From: a virus
Length of the DNA: 48,740 bases
Virus record (IMG/VR): IMGVR_UViG_3300034025_000003
Reading direction: 5' to 3' (one strand)
Position 1 is the first letter of the stretch. Each line of letters opens with the position of its first letter. Shown one piece after another: positions 33,703 to 39,992 of this stretch. Below the pieces are notes generated by a model. It was not told the origin of the DNA, did not search any database, and saw nothing but the letters and a program-made list of their open reading frames with translations. The position numbers and the translations under genes were made by a program.

Positions 33703-33926
33703 CAAAGTCTCCAATCTTCTATTTCAATTTCGATCGGGAAGATAAGAGTCCTGCAACCATCCTGTGATTTGCCTGATTTGTTCACAGTGATGAAGCACGG
33801 CTGTGCGCTAGTCTTAGCTCGACCCTCGTAAACTGCCGGGAAACGATGATCGAGACTGCCGAGTCCGACTAGCTTCCAAGTTCTGTTTGATTGGTCAAGA
33901 GCTTCGAGTGGATACCGTTGGCTCAC
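33702..33926 (-). CDS. WRL-tail small protein I (…IEIEDWRL)
   Basis: GTG at 33926 overlaps the TGA of J, the same junction geometry as F/E. It ends in GAA GAT TGG AGA CTT TGA. Confidence 0.6.
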   Translation of the reverse strand: MSQRYPLEALDQSNRTWKLVGLGSLDHRFPAVYEGRAKTSAQPCFITVNKSGKSQDGCRTLIFPIEIEIEDWRL

Positions 33927-34186
33927 AACCGCCAATCCTCTATAACTCTTAGCCCTATGCGTCGGATAGGAAGCTTAAGAGGATAGATGGTGTCCCAGAC
34001 AGAGCCATCACTAGCGTTCCAAACTCCTTTACCGACACCGACGGTTACGAAAGAAGTATCTGGTTTTGTACACCCAACAATTAAAGACAGACCGTCTATT
34101 TCAAAGTCTTCGCAGTAGTCGGAGCAAACGTAAATTAGCCTGCCGTCTTCTAGATCAAACGGGCCTTCGTTCCAATGCAGGTTCAT
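33923..34186 (-). CDS. WRL-tail small protein J (…LRVIEDWRL)
   Basis: ATG at 34186 overlaps the TGA of CCG paralogue 2 (TGATG). It ends in GAG GAT TGG CGG TTG TGA. Confidence 0.65.
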   Translation of the reverse strand: MNLHWNEGPFDLEDGRLIYVCSDYCEDFEIDGLSLIVGCTKPDTSFVTVGVGKGVWNASDGSVWDTIYPLKLPIRRIGLRVIEDWRL

Positions 34187-34737
34187 CAGACATTCTCCGT
34201 CCACCGTGTTGTGCCGTCACTGTAGACGCTGAGACAATCAATTCGTTGGGCACGCGGAGCAGCAGTTTCTGCCTGTTCGCGAGAAGGCCAGCCAGCAGCC
34301 GAACGCCCACTTGTACGATAAACGTTGTAGAACGCTGAATGAACGATGGTTCGTATGTCGTACGTGATGAACTCTTGTCGTAGAACAGTCCGGCGGCCAA
34401 CCCAATCCGGATGTTCAACAGACATTGAGTTAGTTACGCCGTTACGATGGAAAACGTAGCATACGCGACCGCTGTTTGCGTTCAGAAATCGATTTACGAG
34501 GACAAAACCCAACTCGTTAAGAAGAGTTAGCCAACCACCTTCTGGCGACAGGATGAAGCCATCCATCTGACGTTGCGAGAGAACCGCTTCAAGAAGACGA
34601 TTTTGTGTAGGTGTGACGTTCGGCTGTCTGTCGTGTTGGGCGACGAGTTGTCGGACTTCGTCGTGGGTTGAGTGATCGAACCCCCAAAGGGTGTATATTC
34701 CACAACAACCGCCGCCATGCGCTGTAATTTGAACCAC
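34186..34737 (-). CDS. CCG-motif protein, paralogue 2
   Basis: MVQITAHGGGCCGIYTLWGF...LLNELGFVLVNRFLNANSGRVCYVFH. Confidence 0.7.
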   Translation of the reverse strand: MVQITAHGGGCCGIYTLWGFDHSTHDEVRQLVAQHDRQPNVTPTQNRLLEAVLSQRQMDGFILSPEGGWLTLLNELGFVLVNRFLNANSGRVCYVFHRNGVTNSMSVEHPDWVGRRTVLRQEFITYDIRTIVHSAFYNVYRTSGRSAAGWPSREQAETAAPRAQRIDCLSVYSDGTTRWTENV

Positions 34738-34743
34738 GATAGA

Positions 34744-35226
34744 TTATCCTTCAGGTTGTTCGACACCATCAATGAATTCAACGACACGGACAACATTTGG
34801 ACTGGCCGCGTAAGAAGCTGCATCACGACTGTCGAAAGTACCGCGACCAAAACCGTTGCGGTAGAGGTTGCGATAAGTCCGTACAGGTTCCGGCACTGGT
34901 GCCAAGACAGGCGCTTCTTGTTCACGCAGTGTTGCTGCGTCGAAGAAACCGGGTGCGATCAGCTCACGATGGCTGACGAACATGTTGCATCGATTGCCGC
35001 TGTTGACGTTGATCCACGAACAGACGTTGACGTAGAAGAATTCGCGTAGACTTGCTGCTAATTCTTCTACCTGCCAGTCGACGAGAATGAGCACCGTCGC
35101 TTGACCGTGACCTGCGTGCTGGCGGAGAGCGGCTATTTCATCGTCGATGTCGATATCTTCGTCCATAAGAAAGTCGGTCAAGATGTTCGCGCCGCAGCAC
35201 GAAGGAAACTCGTTGAGATCAGCCAT
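34744..35226 (-). CDS. CCG-motif protein, paralogue 1
   Basis: MADLNEFPSCCGANILTDF...LREFFYVNVCSWINVNSGNRCNMFV. Confidence 0.7.
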   Translation of the reverse strand: MADLNEFPSCCGANILTDFLMDEDIDIDDEIAALRQHAGHGQATVLILVDWQVEELAASLREFFYVNVCSWINVNSGNRCNMFVSHRELIAPGFFDAATLREQEAPVLAPVPEPVRTYRNLYRNGFGRGTFDSRDAASYAASPNVVRVVEFIDGVEQPEG

Positions 35227-35232
35227 GATAGA

Positions 35233-35325
35233 TTACCCTTCAAATACGTTGATACCCGAGGCCCAAAGAGCGCCGAGAAGACACGTTGCGCGGTAAAGCT
35301 TACCGTTGATGAAGAACGTCTTCAT
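35233..35325 (-). CDS. Possible 30-aa hydrophobic peptide
   Basis: MKTFFINGKLYRATCLLGALWASGINVFEG. Its ATG overlaps the upstream TGA. Confidence 0.25.
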   Translation of the reverse strand: MKTFFINGKLYRATCLLGALWASGINVFEG

Positions 35326-35492
35326 GCGTCGAGTCCCGTCACAACTTCACGGATACCGTTGGCGTAAACCTTAGTCACCTTCGGTTCACGACGAAACACT
35401 ACCGGACGATGACTGAATCCTGCGTGACCGAGAGCTACCGACATTGTCGTCGGAGCGAAGTGAAAATCAGACGAACGAAACGATTTAGTCAT
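35322..35492 (-). CDS. Possible 56-aa ORF
   Basis: ATG is preceded by ATTGGAGA plus 8 nt. MTKSFRSSDFHFAPTTMSVALGHAGFSHRPVVFRREPK... Confidence 0.35.
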   Translation of the reverse strand: MTKSFRSSDFHFAPTTMSVALGHAGFSHRPVVFRREPKVTKVYANGIREVVTGLDA

Positions 35493-35529
35493 GATGAATC
35501 TCCAATGATTACAGGTGGTTGATGTTGTC

Positions 35530-35670
35530 TTACTTCTTAATTACGTAGTCTCTCACTCGCAAGTGAGGTGCGAAAGAAATAGCGGTGAACGCACGGCTTA
35601 GATGCTCCCGTATTTCTTCTTCGTTTGTGACGCCAGCTTTGACGAGCTTATCGCGAAGACTGAATTGCAT
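35530..35670 (-). CDS. Possible 46-aa ORF
   Basis: ATG is preceded by GGAG plus 7 nt. MQFSLRDKLVKAGVTNEEEIREHLSRAF... Confidence 0.35.
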   Translation of the reverse strand: MQFSLRDKLVKAGVTNEEEIREHLSRAFTAISFAPHLRVRDYVIKK

Positions 35671-35870
35671 GGTATTACTCCGTCGTCTCTTCAATCTTCA
35701 GACGAGATGCTATCCATTTGACAGCATTTTCTTGACGGGCGCTATCCCATTACAGGATAAACGTTAGGGATGTTCCACAGCAGGCTAAACATGCAAGGTG
35801 AGTTGCATAGAATATCAATTGCGATTAACAATCGTCTTACTATCTACTGACCGCCTAGACTATACGGATT

Positions 35871-35924
35871 GAGAGACTACGTTCACCATCGGCTAGCGCA
35901 CGGGCATAGTGAACGTAGTCTCTC
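35871..35924. repeat. Perfect 16-bp inverted repeat (GAGAGACTACGTTCAC / GTGAACGTAGTCTCTC) with a 22-nt spacer
   Basis: Arms at 35871-35886 and 35909-35924, directly 3' of the stop of ORF 35931..36515. A third copy of ACGTAGTCTCTCA lies at 35543-35555. Confidence 0.85.
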
Positions 35925-35930
35925 AAAGGG

Positions 35931-36515
35931 TTACGCCGCCGCTGCGATAGCTGGGACCGGCGACTGCACGACGTCGCTTGGGAACAACTCAACGTTGTTG
36001 GCGTCGTTAGCAGGTGTGACACGCTTGAAGTTGAGGCCCTTGAGAGTGTGTGCCACCAGCAAGATGCTGTCGCGGTCCTTCTCTTCGACCTTGCCTTCTT
36101 CGACGCTCTTTTCGGCGCGCTTCACTTGAGCCTGAATGAGGGCGAGTAGCTTGTCGAACGTGAGATTACCCTTTTCAGGGTTTTCTTCTGCAAGCTCATA
36201 GAAAGGTTTGGCTTCGCCGTTGACGACATCCCACGGCGTGTAAGTCTTAGCGTCCGGCTTGAGCATGCCGACCTTGATAGCTAGCCCGTCCTTCATTTGG
36301 AAACGGATGGGCGTAAAGGTTTCGAACCAAAGCTTGAGCATCGTCCGACGCATCGAAGCAGGCATAGCGTTAATCAAATCCTTCGCCGTCGAACAGTCGT
36401 TGTACTCGATTGTGTGAGCGCAGATGAGCAGCGCAGTTTCGTGGATGACGCCGTTGACCTTGGCAGTTGTGCTACCAATCCAACGAATTTTCTTTTGAAT
36501 GATCTTGAGTGACAT
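35931..36515 (-). CDS. Hypothetical protein, first protein-coding gene of the minus-strand unit
   Basis: ATG at 36515 (MSLKIIQKKIRW...) is preceded by GGAG plus 7 nt. 194 aa, with no function recognised. The track start is at 36548. Confidence 0.6.
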   Translation of the reverse strand: MSLKIIQKKIRWIGSTTAKVNGVIHETALLICAHTIEYNDCSTAKDLINAMPASMRRTMLKLWFETFTPIRFQMKDGLAIKVGMLKPDAKTYTPWDVVNGEAKPFYELAEENPEKGNLTFDKLLALIQAQVKRAEKSVEEGKVEEKDRDSILLVAHTLKGLNFKRVTPANDANNVELFPSDVVQSPVPAIAAAA

Positions 36516-36557
36516 GGAGGTTCTCCGAGTGTCGGTTGTCCAGCCCATTGCTGGTGT

Positions 36558-36613
36558 GAGGCATGATTGAAATCAGGCAAGGCGTCCCTATTTGTAAACC
36601 TGCATCATGCCTC
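36558..36613 (-). promoter_or_regulatory. Strong stem-loop in the 5' leader of ORF 36515
   Basis: GAGGCATGAT (36558-67) is perfectly complementary to ATCATGCCTC (36604-13), extended by CAGG/CCTG. Confidence 0.4.
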
Positions 36614-36635
36614 GCATCAACGATGGGAAAAGGGT

Positions 36636-36688
36636 AAAGAAAAAGGCACGGCGCATGATAGATTAAACAACCTACCGTACACCGTGCC
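36636..36688 (-). terminator. Candidate terminator or attenuator at the end of the ORF-free transcript
   Basis: The minus strand reads GGCACGG-30 nt-CCGTGCC followed by TTTTTCTTT. The loop is long for an intrinsic terminator. Confidence 0.35.
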
Positions 36689-37522
36689 CTTATCTTGAAC
36701 AAGGTTAATCTTTAAACACGTACCTAACACGTGTGTTCTTTCTAGTCCGTGCTACTCTTTGGAGGCGTTGCACTCTCAACACAGACCCGGGGGCTCCGTC
36801 CATTACGAACGGTTCAGTGCTCAAGAATTACTTGAGGACTTAGCGTTTTCCCCGCGCCCCGTCGCTACTCTTTGGCGAGTAGTCGCAGGCATACTCGGAA
36901 TGTTTTCCAGTTAACGCTATCCTGCTACGGATAACGCTTCACATCGTCTAGCCTCACGCCCCGCACCTATTTCAAGGTACGTGAAAAGATCGTGCAACGG
37001 ACAGCTTCTAACTGTACGTCCTTTGACTAGCATCCGCCTTGTTGTCAGTCGTCCGACGCTCCGCATCCGGTTGCTAATCCAGATCGTTCAGGCTTTGCCG
37101 ACGCATCATTTACCCTAGAGCAAGCGGCCGGACCTAAGAGCGCCACCGTTGGACGGTGACTGTTAGTGTGATAACTAGCGACTGATCGATTGGTTCCGCA
37201 AACTTTCTTTCGTCCGCTGGAACCGGTCAGTAGCTGGAAGCCACGAATACATAACGGACGTTGAGACGAGGGGTTCCGTCCACCGAACAAATTTATTTCG
37301 GGATGTGTGTTAGTCAAGTAAGACACCTATCCCGCGAGCTAAAGGGAACCCACGCGCACGTGATTGCAAGGTCTGTGCCAAGATTGCAGACGTAGACGTC
37401 GGTGATAATGTCTTGCAATATCAATGAGATGATGTATTGTCACTTGCTACTGCGGATAACTCGCATAAACAGAAGGCAAGAAGGAATGTCAGAAAACATC
37501 GAGGAAACATCACGAAGACCCC

Positions 37523-37544
37523 GGGGGAGGGGGTTGGGGGTGGG
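37523..37544 (+). other. G-quadruplex-type tract G5-A-G5-TT-G5-T-G3
   Basis: gggggagggggttgggggtggg read directly from the sequence. Complementary C-runs lie at 37561-67, 37604-09 and 37757-71. Confidence 0.6.
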
Positions 37545-37837
37545 CTCTTTCTTGCAATAACCCCCCCTAAAAATATCTCGAAGAAATTCAAGCCAATCTT
37601 CAGCCCCCCTTACGAAGACACGAAAAAAGGCCTCCCACGAAAACCGCGAGAAGCCGGGCATTTGCGAAGCAAATCTTTTCGGGAACGAAAAGGCCCCGAA
37701 CGTAGTGAGTTTAAAAAGATTAACTACTTAAGAAATTAAACTGTAAGAAGGGACATCCCCCCAAACCCCCCTTTTAAACCGCCGAAGCAGGAGGAAGGCC
37801 AACGTCCAATCAACGGGTCTCCCCATCTCATACGTAC

Positions 37838-37866
37838 ATTATACACGAAATAGAAACATTTGTCAA
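37838..37866 (-). promoter_or_regulatory. Consensus sigma70-type promoter (leftward, early)
   Basis: The minus strand reads GCTTGACA-AATGTTTCTATTTCGTG-TATAAT, a 17-nt spacer with a TGn extended -10. Confidence 0.75.
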
Positions 37867-37901
37867 GCTCTTTCTTAAAGAGCGGCTTCTAAAAATAAAG
37901 C

Positions 37902-37930
37902 TTGACAACTCTTCCTAAATCTGATATAAT
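37902..37930 (+). promoter_or_regulatory. Consensus sigma70-type promoter (rightward)
   Basis: GCTTGACA-ACTCTTCCTAAATCTGA-TATAAT. The ATG of the first gene begins 7 nt after the -10 hexamer. Confidence 0.8.
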
Positions 37931-37936
37931 ACACAT

Positions 37937-38473
37937 ATGAGCCGAATCTCAAACAAATTCCGAACAGCCTCTGGTTCCCGCATGACTCGCATGCTTTTCT
38001 GGGAGGAGCAGTCGAAGATGGCTGTTCACGAGCGAGCGTGCGATCCGATGTTCACGCTCCACCACGATCGACCGGGTTTGATTAACCTTCGTCGCGTCTA
38101 CGTTGAACTCGGTGATCCGACAGGTTATCAGCTTGCTACTCGCTACCTCGAAGACTACAGTCACTGGTTGATGCTTAACAAGTGCAGCTGGTTCGCAGAA
38201 GCGAAGGAACAGTGGGACATCGAACTCGACGCTAAGCTGTCGTCCGAAGGTCTAGCAGCTATTCGCATGTACAGCGACGGCGTTGAGGACGTAAGTCCAG
38301 CCGTTCAGCTTCAAGCTGCGAAGTACCTTGCTGACAAGAACTATCGTAAGATGAGCAAAGCTCCTTCTCGCGGTCGTCCGTCGAAAGAAGAAGTAGCAGG
38401 AAATCTGAAAGTTGAGACCGTTCACGCAGCACAGCTTGCTGACGATCTTTCTCGAATTCGATTGGTTAAGTAA
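37937..38473 (+). CDS. Hypothetical DNA-binding-like protein (possible small terminase); apparently leaderless
   Basis: 178 aa with an RGRPSK AT-hook-like motif and AAKYLADKNY. There is no SD, and the ATG falls at the predicted TSS. Confidence 0.6.
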   Translation: MSRISNKFRTASGSRMTRMLFWEEQSKMAVHERACDPMFTLHHDRPGLINLRRVYVELGDPTGYQLATRYLEDYSHWLMLNKCSWFAEAKEQWDIELDAKLSSEGLAAIRMYSDGVEDVSPAVQLQAAKYLADKNYRKMSKAPSRGRPSKEEVAGNLKVETVHAAQLADDLSRIRLVK

Positions 38474-38745
38474 TGGCAACAGGACCAAACTCTCAAAAGA
38501 ACACGGCTGCTCGTCAAGCTGCTCAGGCTAAATATAATCGAAAGCCCGAGCAAAAGAAGAGACGAGCGCAGCGTAACGCAGCTCGCGCAAAGATGATTAA
38601 AGCTGGGCGCGTTCGAAAAGGCGACGGCAAAGACGTAGCCCACAAAAACAACAATACAGCAAACAACAGCAGCTCTAATTTGGCTGTTCAGTCTAAAGCC
38701 AAGAACCGATCTTTTAAACGAAATAAGAAAGCAGGAAGAGCTTAA
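38473..38745 (+). CDS. Small basic protein with a degenerate HNH-like signature
   Basis: 90 aa, Lys/Arg-rich. GDGKDVAHKNNNTANNSSSNLAVQSKAKNRS fits D-x-x-H ... N-L ... N of beta-beta-alpha-Me nucleases but lacks the Cys ligands. Confidence 0.5.
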   Translation: MATGPNSQKNTAARQAAQAKYNRKPEQKKRRAQRNAARAKMIKAGRVRKGDGKDVAHKNNNTANNSSSNLAVQSKAKNRSFKRNKKAGRA

Positions 38746-39273
38746 ATGGCAACCAGTGCAACACCCGTTCAGCTCATCGATCCAGATACTGGCTTAGCTT
38801 ATCGTGCTTCAGGCGGCACAGGAGGTGGTGGCGGAGATGCTTCAGCTGCTAACCAGACGACTGAGATTGCCCGTCTGACGACCATACGAGACGTTACAGG
38901 GGCTGTTGCAGACCCAGCCTACACTTCAGGTACTGGCACTCTCGTTTCGATTCTGAAGGGCCTCTACACGCTTCTGTCAGGTACTCTGACTTTCGCTAAC
39001 TCTTCGTTGACTGCAACTACCGATCGATCTGGAAGCGCGACTACTACAAGCGGCGCATTATCGGTTGCTGCTAACGCTAACCGTAAGTTCCTTGTCGGAC
39101 AGAATATTAGCGCTGTTAACATCGGATTTAACGAGCAGGCAGGTACGGCAGCTATTGGAACGGCAGGAACTTACACTGTTCCGGCAGGATCGTCTTTCAG
39201 CGTGTCTACTAACAAAGCCGTTAACTTCGTAGCTGCTTCAGGTTCGGCTGCGATCACGATTACCGAAGGCTAA
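38746..39273 (+). CDS. Tail-fibre-module structural protein
   Basis: 175 aa with a Gly-run, Thr/Ser/Ala-rich and beta-rich. It is the first ORF of the fibre cluster. Confidence 0.5.
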   Translation: MATSATPVQLIDPDTGLAYRASGGTGGGGGDASAANQTTEIARLTTIRDVTGAVADPAYTSGTGTLVSILKGLYTLLSGTLTFANSSLTATTDRSGSATTTSGALSVAANANRKFLVGQNISAVNIGFNEQAGTAAIGTAGTYTVPAGSSFSVSTNKAVNFVAASGSAAITITEG

Positions 39274-39989
39274 TGGGCGTCGTCGGAGACTTTTCAAGTC
39301 GAGTCAATAAAAAAAGACTTCCGGTTTTCGGGACAGCATTCCTTTCCCCCGCAGCTTCAACTTCGTTCAGCGATAATTTTGACGGTGGTAGCGGCCTACT
39401 GGCCGATAGACCGGGCTGGGCGCTGCTATCTGGATCGTCCACAGCATATGCTTTGAACGGTCAAAGAGTTGTTGCGCAAAATACCGCTACAGAAATGGTG
39501 GCCCCAACTACGATCTTCGCGACGAACCACTTTGCGCAGGCTGTGCTTGAGGCGAGACACTCGCTGGGTGAGGACGAGAACGGCTTCAGCTATTTCATGA
39601 CTACAATTCTGCTCATCGACTACATCAACGCCAATAATTATACTTATGTACGCGCCTTCGAATCCCATGCTGCGGGTTCTCAATTCTCAATTGTCAATGT
39701 TGTGAACGGCGCAGCGGCCGCCACTTTCAATTCCGCTACCCCGAACGGCCAAACAACCGGAACGTATCGGGCAGAGGCAAGCAATGATATCAAACTGTAC
39801 TTCAACGGCCAGTTAAGGCTGACCGCACCACGTAGCAATCCTTCAACTAGGGTGGGACTGATAGCCATAGATAACCAAGATGCGCAGATCGATGATTTCA
39901 GCGCTGGGAATATCGGTCAGGTGGCATCGCCATTCTTCGGATCAACCGCCCCGTCGTGGGGTTCAACACAAGCACAGTTCGGGAGTTAA
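39273..39989 (+). CDS. Tail-fibre-associated protein with a LamG/concanavalin-like domain
   Basis: FSDNFDGGSGLLADRPGW...NGQRVVAQN... follows the pattern typical of the jelly-roll lectin domains of fibres. Confidence 0.5.
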   Translation: MGVVGDFSSRVNKKRLPVFGTAFLSPAASTSFSDNFDGGSGLLADRPGWALLSGSSTAYALNGQRVVAQNTATEMVAPTTIFATNHFAQAVLEARHSLGEDENGFSYFMTTILLIDYINANNYTYVRAFESHAAGSQFSIVNVVNGAAAATFNSATPNGQTTGTYRAEASNDIKLYFNGQLRLTAPRSNPSTRVGLIAIDNQDAQIDDFSAGNIGQVASPFFGSTAPSWGSTQAQFGS

Positions 39990-39992
39990 CAA

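Larger units (their letters stand above)
36636..37831 (-). ncRNA. Candidate 1.2-kb structured non-coding transcript or leader
   Basis: The region lies between a perfect promoter (TSS near 37831) and a hairpin plus U-run (36636-88). It has no credible ORF on either strand and contains many local hairpins, UUCG tetraloops, internal repeats and long-range G-run/C-run complementarity. Confidence 0.35.

Noticed and set aside
23053-34186. The WRL tails as a mere by-product of a conserved Shine-Dalgarno / translational-coupling sequence (GATTGGAGGCTNTGA)
   Set aside because: This explanation is only partly valid. Eight tails embed GGAG(G/A) upstream of the next start, and a similar ATTGGAGA RBS occurs at 35500 outside any WRL frame.

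Several observations do not fit a pure RBS explanation. F and J encode W-R-L with CGC/CGG and TTG, so they contain no GGAG. B is followed by a TAA and 90 nt of promoter or leader, with no coupled gene. Leu uses four codons. Conservation also extends to the upstream P-x-x-[IV]-E residues, with synonymous variation. RBS constraint probably contributes but does not explain the pattern.
36700-37430. tmRNA, tRNA, RNase P RNA, group I/II intron or hammerhead in the structured region
   Set aside because: By eye, on either strand, I found no T-loop/acceptor (GGTTCGAnTCC...CCA), no tag reading frame, no group II domain V-like hairpin and no CUGAUGA...GAAA core. A covariance-model scan is still needed to be sure.
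37437-37739. ORFs 37437-37739 (+), 37440-37661 (-) and 37045-37326 (-) in the non-coding region
   Set aside because: These are low-complexity translations of G-runs and C-runs or of structured sequence. They have no RBS, and those on the plus strand have no promoter. Their composition is unlike the other genes, so I treated the region as non-coding.
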